From an uncultured Candidatus Binatia bacterium (GTDB lineage Bacteria; Desulfobacterota; Binatia; UBA9968; CAXXLF01), in the NCBI GenBank assembly GCA_965218425.1, contig OZ244621.1, forward strand, positions 3,488,001 through 3,552,000: DNA of 64,000 nucleotides. Reading direction: 5' to 3'. Under the pieces are notes generated by a model. That model did not search any database. It worked only from the letters and a program-made list of their open reading frames with translations, and had not been told where the DNA came from. The position numbers and the translations under genes are program-made. How positions within the stretch are numbered: position 1 is the first letter of the stretch; the number at the start of each line of letters is the position of its first letter. Below, one piece after another: positions 1-9,608 of this stretch.

Positions 1-591
1 TTTACCATTCGTAAAGCAGGCGCGGCTCAGACCTTTATCCGGGTATCGAACTTTATCTTACCCAATCTGTGCGCCGTGCCCGGGGAGGCGGGTGCGGACG
101 GATATAACATGAATTGGCATGTTCCAATAGATGATACTCACCACTGGAAGTACATGCTCACCTTCAGGCGATCGGGCCCATTGGATCTTCAAACCATGCA
201 TCAACGAAACTCTTCCGTGATAGATTGCGAGTATCGTTTAACTCGCAACCCGCAAAATCGCTACCTGCAAGACAGGAAAGAGATGGATCACCTCACTTAC
301 AGCGGCATGGGGAGAACCTTTCCCGTGCACGATGCCTATGCCACCGAGAGCCAGGGGCCCATCCAGGACAGGACGCAGGAACATCTCACCTCAACGGACA
401 AAGCCATCGTGGCGGCCAGAAAGCTTCTTTTAAACGCCATTAAAGAGGTTCAGGCAGGGCGTGAGGCTCCGCATGTGATCCGCAAACCGGCCGCAAACCA
501 TGGTTCCGATATAGTGGTAGTATCTGAGGTTGTGCCGAACTCGGTCGCCGCAAAGAATCTTTTCCGTGAACGGCAAGCGATGAAGTCTTAG
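1..591 (+). CDS. Rieske oxygenase alpha subunit, C-terminal part (phthalate 4,5-dioxygenase/LigXa-like), 5'-truncated by window edge
   Basis: Frame open from base 1. Motifs WHVPIDDTH, DAYATESQGPIQDRTQEHLTSTD; paralog of 47354-48640. Confidence 0.85.
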   Translation, partial: FTIRKAGAAQTFIRVSNFILPNLCAVPGEAGADGYNMNWHVPIDDTHHWKYMLTFRRSGPLDLQTMHQRNSSVIDCEYRLTRNPQNRYLQDRKEMDHLTYSGMGRTFPVHDAYATESQGPIQDRTQEHLTSTDKAIVAARKLLLNAIKEVQAGREAPHVIRKPAANHGSDIVVVSEVVPNSVAAKNLFRERQAMKS

Positions 592-615
592 AGCTCTGTA
601 CATTTGTTGGTTACC

Positions 616-1161
616 ATGAGCCTTACCTTTTGCACCAGCTGTGGAAGCAAACTAGTTCAACGCAAGTCGAGCACCAGCGAGACGGTTAGGCAGAGCTGTC
701 TCACCTGTGGGATCACCGTCTACGATACCCCCTACGTTGTGGTAGCAACCTTACCTGTGATTGACGATTGTGTTGTGCTTGTTCGCCGTGCTACCAATCC
801 GGGTTCCGGCCTGTGGTCCTATCCTGGCGGCTATCTTGAAACGAACGAAACACTCGAAGCTGGAGCTATTCGTGAGACGCGGGAAGAAACGGGGCTGGAA
901 GTTAAGATCAACGGCCTATTGGGCGTCTACTCTCGCCCTGGAGGGCGTACGGTAACCATAATCTTTGAGGCGATTGCGGAACGCGAGGAGTGGACGGAAA
1001 ATCCTGAGGTGTCGGAGGTAAGGTCCTTCCCTGCAAGCGACATCCCTTGGGATGAACTGGCTTTTTGGACCGCAAGGTATGCTCTGGAAGACTGGGTCTA
1101 TGCCCGCGATCGACAGCTTGCGTTGCCACGGGCGTGGCGGGTGGGTCCACCACGTCGGTAA
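616..1161 (+). CDS. NUDIX hydrolase with N-terminal zinc ribbon
   Basis: Nudix box GGYLETNETLEAGAIRETREETG; CxxC...CxxC at N-terminus. Confidence 0.9.
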   Translation: MSLTFCTSCGSKLVQRKSSTSETVRQSCLTCGITVYDTPYVVVATLPVIDDCVVLVRRATNPGSGLWSYPGGYLETNETLEAGAIRETREETGLEVKINGLLGVYSRPGGRTVTIIFEAIAEREEWTENPEVSEVRSFPASDIPWDELAFWTARYALEDWVYARDRQLALPRAWRVGPPRR

Positions 1162-1196
1162 GGGACGTTTTCCTTATTCCTTATTAAGGAGAAATC

Positions 1197-2156
1197 ATGG
1201 CAAAGCTACCCATCACCCTTGCAATTGATAAATATGATTACGTGAGGCCATTGATCGATGGGACCATTGAGCCCGAGGGGATCGACCTTCGGGTCACTGA
1301 GGTACCTGCCAGCACAGGGCACGAGCGCTTGATCCGTTATGAGGAGTATGATGCCTGTGAGTTCGCTTTCGGCGGGCATATCGCCGCGGTCTCATGGGGT
1401 CTACTCCAGGGCAGGGCCATCCCGGTCTTTCCCCGAAGAATGTTTGCTCACAAATTTTGGGCCGTACGAGCCGACCGTGGAATCAACTCTCCCGGGGAAT
1501 CTCGAAGGTAAGAAGGTGGGGATCTTAAGCTACGAGAACACTCTCCAGATTCCTGTTCGTTCATCTTTGCAGCATCAGTACGGCCTGGGGAAGGGAGCCA
1601 TCCACTGGATGTGTCAGCACCGGGGACCCATAGGCATCGACCATGTGGACGGTGTGAATCTGGAAATCATTGGGAGGCAGGCCACCCTTGAGAATCTACT
1701 GTTGGCCGGTCAATTGGATGCTATGGTAATACCATTTATTCAAGAATCCATTATGAGTGGGGACTCGCGTGTGCGACCCCTCTTCATTGATTCAAAAAGC
1801 GAAGAGCGACAGTACTTTGAAGCCACGGGCCATTTTCCTATCATGCACGATGTGCTGCTCAAGCAGTCAGTGCTGGAACGGGATCCGTGGGTTGCGCAGA
1901 GTCTTCTTGAAGCGTTCAAGAAACTGCGTCGGCGCCGCCTTGACTGGATCCAACAGCCCTTCAATCTTACCTTCGTTTGGGCCAGAAAGCTCTTTCTTGA
2001 AGAGCGGAAATTTTTTGGCCCCCGCCAGTGGGAGATGGTTTCAATGCCAACCGAAAACAGATTGAACTGATGTGTCGCTACGCGTATGAACAGGGAATGA
2101 CGACTGGTTTAGTTAACCCAAAGGACCTGTTCGTTCCAGCTGTGATGGACAGCTAA
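1197..2156 (+). pseudogene. 4,5-dihydroxyphthalate decarboxylase-like (periplasmic-binding-protein fold) gene with two frameshifts
   Basis: N-part 1197-~1495 (YDYVRPLIDGTIEPEGIDL, AIPVFPRRMF). Middle part in +1 frame (LEGKKVG...ATGHFPIMH). C-part back in original frame from ~2033 (DGFNANRKQIELMCRYAYEQG...DLF), stop 2154-2156. Confidence 0.8.
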
Positions 2157-2208
2157 CCGGATGGTGACGACCTTTAACTAGCTGGTCTAATGATATATGG
2201 GAGAGATC

Positions 2209-2430
2209 ATGAACTATGTGAAAATCGATCAGATAGTATGCACAGGTTGTGAGGCCTGTGTCGACTCGTGTCCCACGGATGTTATCAGAATGGAACCTAA
2301 GAGCGGGAAGGCACAAGTTGCCTTCGCAGAGGACTGTCAGGTTTGTTTTTTATGCGAGTTTGACTGTCCCGTGGATGCTATTCTCGTTTCGCCACGAGGG
2401 TGGCCCCAACCAGAGATCTCGCAGGAGTAA
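2209..2430 (+). CDS. 2x[4Fe-4S] ferredoxin
   Basis: CTGCEACVDSCP and CQVCFLCEFDCP motifs; GGAGAG RBS. Confidence 0.9.
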   Translation: MNYVKIDQIVCTGCEACVDSCPTDVIRMEPKSGKAQVAFAEDCQVCFLCEFDCPVDAILVSPRGWPQPEISQE

Positions 2431-2434
2431 ATAG

Positions 2435-4165
2435 ATGGAAGTTCCAAATGACGTTCGGTGCGATTTGTTAGTGATCGGAGGAGGAATTGCAGGGGCCTTT
2501 GCAGCCATTAAGGCTCGTGAGCGTGGTGCGGATGTTGTACTTGTCGATAAAGCTTTTTTTGGTCGCGGCGGCTGCAGCGCACTAGCTTCTGGAGTGTACC
2601 ATGCCTACATGCCTGGTGATGATCTAGAGGCTTGGGTTGAGGAAGCATGCAGCACGCCTCTGGTCAACAAGAGACTGGCGGAAAGTGCAGTTGTTAGAAC
2701 TTACGATTGTCTGATGGAGATGGACCGGTGGGGGGTTAAGTGGATAAAAGAGGGAGGAAGGATTGTCAGAGAATTCAGCGGTGGTGGTGGCTTGCCGTTC
2801 AAGACCAACGCGATGATGGCCGAAGGGGGACCTCAGATGATGATGGCCCTTCGGGCCCAGGCACTCAGGTTGGGAGTGAAAATCGTCAGTCGAGTGATGG
2901 TGACCGATTTGCTCACCGGCGACGGTGCTCAACCAACCCAAGGAGGAGTGGTCGGAGCGGTCGGCTTCGAGACCCGAACGGCCGAGCCCCGGGTGTTTAA
3001 GGCCACTGCCACCGTGATGACTACCGGACCATACCGGTTTCCTTATCCTCCCTTTGGAGGGGGATTTGTGGGCATGCCAGTCGATGCATCTGCGGACGGG
3101 ATTGCCATGATGTTGCGTGTCGGTGCAATTCTGGGAAAGTTCGAGATTGGGGGAGGGAGTCCCCATCCCCATGAGTTTCAGTGCGCACCCGGCTTAGAGA
3201 TGCTGGGTGGTGTGGGTGGTAGGTTTGTGAATGCCCAAGGAGAGAATATTTTTTCGAGCACGTCCAACCGGAGTTCTACCTCTGGTAACGCACTCACTCA
3301 GACCCGTAGATCGGCCTTGGGTCATGCCATTCTCAGGGAGACCAGGGCGGGTCGAAACGTTTTTTTGGATTGCACTCATTTTTTACCCGAGCAACACCGT
3401 TTGGTCAAGCAAGTGGTTCCCATCGTCATCCATACCTTTGAGCGGGCCGGCTACGATCTCAGCAAAGACAAGGTTCCCTACTCATCGGCCCTAGCTCTTA
3501 TCCATGGAGGGTCCGGCAGCGGGGCGCGAATCAACGGAAAGGGCGAGACCTCTATCCCAGGGCTCTATGCCGCGGGGATTTGCTCCGATGGGAGTTACAT
3601 TCGGATGAGTCAATCATTGCCCGAAGCTTCCGTTTTGGGAGCATGGGCGGGAGAGAACGCTGCCGAGTATGTGAAAGGGTGTGGTAAGAGTGAGGAGGAT
3701 ATGGACCAGGTTGGAGGGTTAATAGAGAAAACCCTTGCCCCACTGAGCGTCGGCCAGGGAGTGTCTTTCAAACAGATCCATACAAAAATCGAAAGGCTTG
3801 TAACTGAGGTGATCGATCACGTTCTTCATGGAAAAAGATTGGAGCAAGCAGTGGAGGTTGTAGAGGATCTCAAATCGAAAGAGATAAACCGTCTCGTCGC
3901 TAGCAATCCGCACGAACTAGCCAAAGTCCATGCCCTCAAGAATTTCATTGAATGCTTTGAGCAGAGCTTGAGGGTCTTGCTGCGAAGGACCGAAAGTCGG
4001 GGAAACGTCCTGCGTGAGGATTATCCAGTAATCGACAACTCCCGGTGGGCCCAATTTACGGTGCTTAGGAAAGAAGCGCAGGGAGTGAGGATTTGGGAAG
4101 AACCCATACCGGAGGATCGTCCCCAGGTCGAAAAGGTGAAGATCCCTCACCCGTTTTTTAGATAG
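2435..4165 (+). CDS. FAD-dependent oxidoreductase, SdhA/FrdA/AprA flavoprotein superfamily
   Basis: GGGIAG dinucleotide motif, TSIPGLYAAG, C-terminal RTESRG...REDYP; lacks SdhA RSHT covalent His motif. Confidence 0.85.
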   Translation: MEVPNDVRCDLLVIGGGIAGAFAAIKARERGADVVLVDKAFFGRGGCSALASGVYHAYMPGDDLEAWVEEACSTPLVNKRLAESAVVRTYDCLMEMDRWGVKWIKEGGRIVREFSGGGGLPFKTNAMMAEGGPQMMMALRAQALRLGVKIVSRVMVTDLLTGDGAQPTQGGVVGAVGFETRTAEPRVFKATATVMTTGPYRFPYPPFGGGFVGMPVDASADGIAMMLRVGAILGKFEIGGGSPHPHEFQCAPGLEMLGGVGGRFVNAQGENIFSSTSNRSSTSGNALTQTRRSALGHAILRETRAGRNVFLDCTHFLPEQHRLVKQVVPIVIHTFERAGYDLSKDKVPYSSALALIHGGSGSGARINGKGETSIPGLYAAGICSDGSYIRMSQSLPEASVLGAWAGENAAEYVKGCGKSEEDMDQVGGLIEKTLAPLSVGQGVSFKQIHTKIERLVTEVIDHVLHGKRLEQAVEVVEDLKSKEINRLVASNPHELAKVHALKNFIECFEQSLRVLLRRTESRGNVLREDYPVIDNSRWAQFTVLRKEAQGVRIWEEPIPEDRPQVEKVKIPHPFFR

Positions 4166-4227
4166 CTCGGTTCAAACGCTGTGAGCACAGTACAGTTGAA
4201 AAGAGAAATATAGTTGGGGGTTATCAT

Positions 4228-5349
4228 ATGCCACTATTCTTTCATTCGGATGAGGTGGATGAACACCTGTCGCTCAAGGAGGCGGTTGGGGTTACGGAGG
4301 GGGCCCTCGGAGATTTAGGCCGAGGAAGGGACATCGACGCAACGAACGCGCCGCGCAAGCGGCTTCATATTCATCGGGTCTCGGGTGAACGACCCTTTGA
4401 TACGGTATTGAACGTCTATGCAGGAGGCGCATCGGCTTACGGTGCCATCGGGGCACAGGTGGCCTTGCACCGCAAGGCAATCCAGGGAAAGGTCCAGCGC
4501 AGTCCCTCATACAACCCTGAGCAGACCGAGCTGGCCTTGATCTACGATGTAGATACGGGTTCTCTATTGGGCGTCATGGCGCACCGTCCGAGGCATGTGG
4601 AGGGAACCGCCGATCTCCGCACGCCGGCTACCAGCCTTGCCGGCCTTGACCGGTTCGCCCGTCGCTACGCAAGGAGGGTCGGAATATACGGCTCAGGTTC
4701 TCAGGCATGTTCCACGTTCATGGGTCTGACGAAGCTGAGAGAGATCGAGAGCGCGAAAATTTATAGCCCCACCCGAGCGCACAGAGAGGCCTTCGCCAAG
4801 AAGGTCAGCGAGCTCACTAACGTGCGAATTGAACCCATGGACGATCCAAAAAAAGTGGCCCAGGATGTAGAAATCATCCTGTGCATGACCAACACAATTG
4901 TGCCGGTGATTGAGGGTTCCTGGCTCGAGGAAGGACAGTATATTATCTCAGTTGTGGGCAGCAATATCGAGCTGGTGAAAAGCGGAAATTTGGATTCTCC
5001 CCGCAGAGAGATTGATGACGAGACCCTGCGCAGATGTAGCTTTGTTGTTGCGCTCTCCAAGGAGTAGGCCATCGACTCCCAGCAGGGGGACATCTATTGG
5101 CCGGTACAAGACGGGGTGATGACATGGGATAAGGTGGTGGAGATCGCCGACGTGTTATCCGGGAAAGCTCCGGGGAGAACTGACGACCGGCAGATTATTC
5201 TTTACAAAAACCAGGGGGGACAGGGAGTCATCGACATTGCTCTGGCGAAAAGATGTTACGAGCTCGCCCGCCAATTCGGTAAGGGGCGCGAGCTCGATAT
5301 TGAGCCAAGGCCACCTCGTGAAGGCTCCGGGTGGCGCAACCTCTACTGA
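4228..5349 (+). pseudogene. Ornithine cyclodeaminase/mu-crystallin family protein interrupted by in-frame TAG at 5065-5067
   Basis: GIYGSGSQA Rossmann motif; the same frame continues after TAG (AIDSQQGDIYWP...GRTDDRQIILYKNQGG) to 5349. Confidence 0.8.
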
Positions 5350-5471
5350 ACGGTCAGGCCTCAGAAGGAGCAGTGTTAAAAGTTGACTAAGCACCGCCCC
5401 AATGGGAAAAACGGTGCTGGGAATTCTACCAAGGTACAATAAATTTCTTCGCCATCGTTTTGGTAACGATC

Positions 5472-6539
5472 ATGGTCGATTTGTTATCCAAAGTTGCCTA
5501 TCAAGAGAAAAACTTTTATCAGGCCTGGCAGGAAACAGAGGGCCTCCCGCTATACTCGGGATACTTCGTCGAGGATCTATGCGGTGTGGTGCTGAGAGAA
5601 TGGCCGCGCCTGGGTGCCCACGGGGCTTTTATCAATCTTGAAGGCGCCGGTTCCTCCTGCGATGCCTATTTATTGGAGATTGAACCGGGCCAATCGAGTG
5701 AGCCGGAGAGACATCTCTACGAAGAGGTGGTGCTGATCCTTAAAGGGTGCGGGGGAACTCAGGTGTGGAACGAGCGCGGCGCCCGTCATTTCTTTGAATG
5801 GCAGGAGGGTAGCCTCTTTTCTCTGCCGTTGAACAGCTCGCATCAACACTTTGCTCACGGTAATGAGCCAGTGCGTTATCTCGCCATCACTAATCTACCG
5901 CAGGTGCTGAATCAATTCCGCAATCTGGATTTCATTTTTAACAACCCTTTCGACTTCCATGATCGTTATTCATCCGATCCGCAATACTTCAGTGCCTTAC
6001 GGGAGCGGCCCGGTAGGATCTGTGAGACGAATTTAGTGGCAGACGTGCACAGTTTTCCCCTGAAGAACTGGAAGGAACGAGGGGCAAATAGCACGAACAT
6101 CCGCTTTGAGTTGGCGGAGAATACCTTGAGTGCCCATGTCTCGGAGTTCCCCGTTGGCACCTACAAGAAGGCACACCGACATGGACCGGGAGCCCATGTG
6201 GTGATCTTGAGTGGTGAGGGCTATTCCCTGCTTTGGCCGGAGCAGCAAGAGAAGGAAAGGATTCATTGGCAAAAGGGCAGCCTGTTTGTCCCACCCGAGC
6301 GTTGGTTCCACCAACACTTCAATACGGGTCGGGAGCCCTCACGCTATATTGCGCTCAAACCCTGGGGCTTTAAGTATCTGGTGGAAGAGCGATTCAAAAC
6401 CGATGAGGATGTGAAAAGTGGTGGAGACCAGATCGAGTATGATGACCAGGAGCCGGAGATCCATAGGCTTTTTCTCGAGGAGTGTCGGAAACGCAAGGTG
6501 GAGGTCAGGATGAGTCCCTTTGGATTAAGCGATGAATAG
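5472..6539 (+). CDS. Bicupin protein (gentisate 1,2-dioxygenase-like)
   Basis: Two cupin domains; HRHGPG and WFHQHFN metal motifs. Confidence 0.85.
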   Translation: MVDLLSKVAYQEKNFYQAWQETEGLPLYSGYFVEDLCGVVLREWPRLGAHGAFINLEGAGSSCDAYLLEIEPGQSSEPERHLYEEVVLILKGCGGTQVWNERGARHFFEWQEGSLFSLPLNSSHQHFAHGNEPVRYLAITNLPQVLNQFRNLDFIFNNPFDFHDRYSSDPQYFSALRERPGRICETNLVADVHSFPLKNWKERGANSTNIRFELAENTLSAHVSEFPVGTYKKAHRHGPGAHVVILSGEGYSLLWPEQQEKERIHWQKGSLFVPPERWFHQHFNTGREPSRYIALKPWGFKYLVEERFKTDEDVKSGGDQIEYDDQEPEIHRLFLEECRKRKVEVRMSPFGLSDE

Positions 6540-6641
6540 GGAAGAAAGAGAGCTCTACTGTAAGCAGATGTCGTTTCGCCATTGAATGTAACCCGTCTAC
6601 GGCGCGGGACAGGGAGATCAGTACGGGAGGAGAGTCAATCA

Positions 6642-6902
6642 GTGCAACGAGCGGATTTTCGTCACTTTTACCGTGATGCCCATAGCGTCACCTGTTTGTC
6701 AGAGCGTGAGAAGATGCTTCTTGGACTTGCCGTTGCCATGACGCGCAACTGCGAGCCTTGAGTAGAACGACGCCTTGCGGACGCAAGGAAAGCAGGAATG
6801 ACGGAGGATGAGTTAGATGCGGCGGTGGACGTGGTGGCGGCGGTCAATGCCGGAATCATGGAGTCTTTGAACCAGAGGATCAAGCAAAAAAACGCAAAGT
6901 AG
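6642..6902 (+). CDS. AhpD/carboxymuconolactone decarboxylase family selenoprotein (86 aa, Sec at codon 40)
   Basis: RBS GGAGGAG, GTG start; LSEREKMLLGLAVAMTRNCEP-TGA-VERRLADARKAGMTEDELDAAVDVVAAVNAG; CxxU at the AhpD CxxC position. Confidence 0.85.
6773..6788 (+). promoter_or_regulatory. Putative bacterial SECIS stem-loop
   Basis: CCTTGC-GGAC-GCAAGG perfect 6-bp stem starting 11 nt after TGA 6759-6761; loop begins with GG. Confidence 0.75.
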
Positions 6903-6905
6903 ACC

Positions 6906-6947
6906 GAGGATGGAGGATTGAAGATTCGGGATTGAGGATTGTGGATA
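6906..6947 (+). repeat. Degenerate heptamer tandem repeat (GAGGATT-like x6)
   Basis: gaggatg gaggatt gaagatt cgggatt gaggatt gtggata. Confidence 0.7.
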
Positions 6948-7025
6948 AAGAGATGATGAGTGAGGAAAGAAGATAGGGGATTGAGGAGCAATACTAGAGA
7001 ATAGAGAATTAAGATCGGGGGCGAG

Positions 7026-8129
7026 ATGACGCTGATCCTTAATAATGACGACATTGCCAGCGTGCTGACAATGGATATGACCATGAAGGCGTTGGAAAAG
7101 GCTTATATCGAACTGGCTCGAAAAGAAGCGGTTTGTCGGCCCCGGGTGGACATCCAGATCCCAACGAAGGACCCTGAAAAGATTTACCAATGGGGGACCA
7201 TGGAGGGGGGCTCTGTCTCTGGATACTTCGCTATCCGCATGAAGTCAGACATTATCCACGAACAGGAGTACAATGGCGCCCGCACGCAGGAAAAATATTG
7301 CGGTCGGCCAGGTAAGTTTTGTGGGCTGATTCTTTTGATCAATACCGAAAACGGTGAGCCCGTTGCCCTGATCAATGACGGTTACCTTCAACATATGCGG
7401 GTGGGTGCGGATTCGGGAATTGGCGTCAAATATATGGCAAGGGAAGGCTCCAGTGTGGTGGGTATGATCGGTTCGGGGGGGATGGCACGGTCGCACATGG
7501 AAGCCTTTTGCCTGGTGAGAGGCGTCAAGCGAGTTCAAGTTTACAGCCCCACCAAAAGGCATCGTGAGGAGTACGCAGAAGAGATCACTGAAAAGTATGG
7601 TGTGGAGGCGGTGGTCATGAGTAAGCCCGAGGATGTTTACCGCGGCGCGGATATCGTGGCGGGTTGCACGGACTCAACCGAACCCATCGTTATGGGGGAT
7701 TGGCTCGAAGCCGGGACCCACGTAACATGCGTCGGGGGAAGGCCGGATGAGGTTGCCGTTAAGAAAATTGATGTGACCCTTCGTTTTGGTAACGCTCCCG
7801 GTCCATGGGGCCTGCCGGATTTCGCCCTGGCCGACGAGTATCTAACCTATGCGGCGGTGCCCAATGAAAATGCTGGATTCCACATGAAGCGGGCCGGCAA
7901 GAGAGGTCATGGGGTGATCGCGGAGAATAAGGCTGTGTTTCTCGAAGAGATGCTGACAGGCAAGAAAAAAGGCCGGAGCTCCCCAAAACAGATCACCTAT
8001 TCCGAGAGGGGCAATATCCAAGGAGCCCAATTCTTTGCGGTGGCCGGTAAGGCCTACGAACTGGCAAAGGAGAAGGGATTGGGAAAGGAAATTCCCACGG
8101 ATTGGCTCTTGCAGGATATTAGGGACTGA
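7026..8129 (+). CDS. Ornithine cyclodeaminase/mu-crystallin family protein
   Basis: AIRMKSD, DGYLQHMRVGA, GMIGSGGMA. Confidence 0.9.
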   Translation: MTLILNNDDIASVLTMDMTMKALEKAYIELARKEAVCRPRVDIQIPTKDPEKIYQWGTMEGGSVSGYFAIRMKSDIIHEQEYNGARTQEKYCGRPGKFCGLILLINTENGEPVALINDGYLQHMRVGADSGIGVKYMAREGSSVVGMIGSGGMARSHMEAFCLVRGVKRVQVYSPTKRHREEYAEEITEKYGVEAVVMSKPEDVYRGADIVAGCTDSTEPIVMGDWLEAGTHVTCVGGRPDEVAVKKIDVTLRFGNAPGPWGLPDFALADEYLTYAAVPNENAGFHMKRAGKRGHGVIAENKAVFLEEMLTGKKKGRSSPKQITYSERGNIQGAQFFAVAGKAYELAKEKGLGKEIPTDWLLQDIRD

Positions 8130-8153
8130 GCCCGTGCAGGAGCTGCCGTCCCT

Positions 8154-8192
8154 TTCCCTCGACAAGCTCGGGATGGTGAGCAGCGTCGAACC
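8154..8192. repeat. REP-like palindromic intergenic element
   Basis: ttccctcgacaagctcgggatggtgagcagcgtcgaacc just after a stop codon; recognised by pattern only. Confidence 0.4.
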
Positions 8193-8294
8193 ACGCTTCA
8201 GTGGAATATGCTCCATATTGACAGCATCCGTAACATCGAATACTTTTGATTGGGCATAGGCTGGCATTGGAATTCCAGGAACGAAATTAACGAG

Positions 8295-9608
8295 ATGGAT
8301 CTGCAAAACCTAATCCAGGAAGACCCCCAGAAGGGAGTCTTTCGGGTCCACCGGTCAGCCCTCACTTCCCAGGAGATCCTGGAACTGGAGCGTAAAAACA
8401 TCTTCGACCGGTGCTGGCTTTACCTGGGCCACGAATCCGAGATTGCAAACCCTGGAGACTTCCGCCGTCGCACGGTGGCGGGCCGGCCGCTTTTTTGGGT
8501 GCGGGGGAGCGACGGCAAGGTGCGGGTTTTTTACAACACCTGTACCCATTGGGGTGCCAATGTCTGTCGTGTGGACGAAGGGAACGCGGAACTCTTTCAG
8601 TGCTTCTACCATGCATGGACCTTTAACAATAAGGGTGAGCTCGTTAGCGTACCTGATGATCCGGGGTATGCGCAGGGATTTAATAAAGCGGAGATGGGTC
8701 TCGTGTCGCCCCCCAGATTAGAAAACTATCGCGGTCTCTACTTCGTTAGCTTTAATCCGGACGTGGCCGACCTTGCAAGTTACCTCGCAGGGGCAAAACA
8801 ATACCTGGATCTCATTCTGGATCAGTCTGACCAGGGCTGGCGGGTGGTTCCTGGAATCCAGAAGTATAGCGTTAGGGCCAATTGGAAGATGTTTTCCATC
8901 AACAGCCTGGACAGCTACCATGTGGAACCATTACACGTGACCTTTTTCCAATACACCCAAGGCCTGGGTTCCGGGGACCCCGTTCCACCAACGAGAGATT
9001 TTCCGGGACCCAATGGACGTTCTCTGGCCTTGGGAAACGGTCATGGCATTGACGTGCTTGTGGCCGGCCAGCGGGCGAGGCCCATCGCCCACTGGCACCC
9101 GATTCTTGGTGAGGAAACCAAAGAGGAAATCCGCAGCACGCGGGCGCGTTTGGTGGAACAATTCGGAGAAGATCGGGCCTATCTCATGTGCAATACCAAC
9201 CGTCTTTTTCTCATCTATCCCAATTTCGCCATGCACGATATTGCGGCCGTTAGCCTGCGCTACTTCGAGCCGGTGGGGCCTGACTACATGGAAGTGACGG
9301 TACAGACCTTGGCCCCGAAAAACGAATCCGCCGAGTTGTTAAACGGGCGGCTGGAAAATTTCCTTAGCTTCCTCGGCCCTGGCGGATTTGCGCATCCCGA
9401 TGACATCGAAGCAATGGAATCCGCCCAAGCCGGTTTTAGTGCCGGGGGGGCCCAATGGATTGACGCCTCTCGGGGAATGCACCGGGAAGCTACGGGCAAA
9501 GACGAAGTACACATTCGGTCCTTCTGGCGACAATGGCATGCAAATCTTTTAGGATCCCCAACGGCCAAGCGGGTTAAGGATCTGACAAGTTCCGAAGTTG
9601 GCCGTTGA
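8295..9608 (+). CDS. Aromatic ring-hydroxylating dioxygenase alpha subunit (p-cumate dioxygenase-like)
   Basis: Rieske CTHWG...CFYH; DSYHVEPLH and PDD mononuclear Fe ligands. Confidence 0.88.
   Translation: MDLQNLIQEDPQKGVFRVHRSALTSQEILELERKNIFDRCWLYLGHESEIANPGDFRRRTVAGRPLFWVRGSDGKVRVFYNTCTHWGANVCRVDEGNAELFQCFYHAWTFNNKGELVSVPDDPGYAQGFNKAEMGLVSPPRLENYRGLYFVSFNPDVADLASYLAGAKQYLDLILDQSDQGWRVVPGIQKYSVRANWKMFSINSLDSYHVEPLHVTFFQYTQGLGSGDPVPPTRDFPGPNGRSLALGNGHGIDVLVAGQRARPIAHWHPILGEETKEEIRSTRARLVEQFGEDRAYLMCNTNRLFLIYPNFAMHDIAAVSLRYFEPVGPDYMEVTVQTLAPKNESAELLNGRLENFLSFLGPGGFAHPDDIEAMESAQAGFSAGGAQWIDASRGMHREATGKDEVHIRSFWRQWHANLLGSPTAKRVKDLTSSEVGR

Noticed and set aside
2209..4165. Calling the pair aprBA or sdhA
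   Set aside because: Diagnostic AprB Trp/tail and SdhA covalent His motif are absent, and no qmo, sat or sdhBCD genes are nearby.
6906..6947. Possible CRISPR array (also 22915-22985)
   Set aside because: These are degenerate 7-mers with no repeat-spacer structure and no cas genes.
6668..7190. Minus-strand ORFs 6668-7084 and 6813-7190
   Set aside because: They are better explained as antisense to the selenoprotein gene, the heptamer repeat and the OCD gene.
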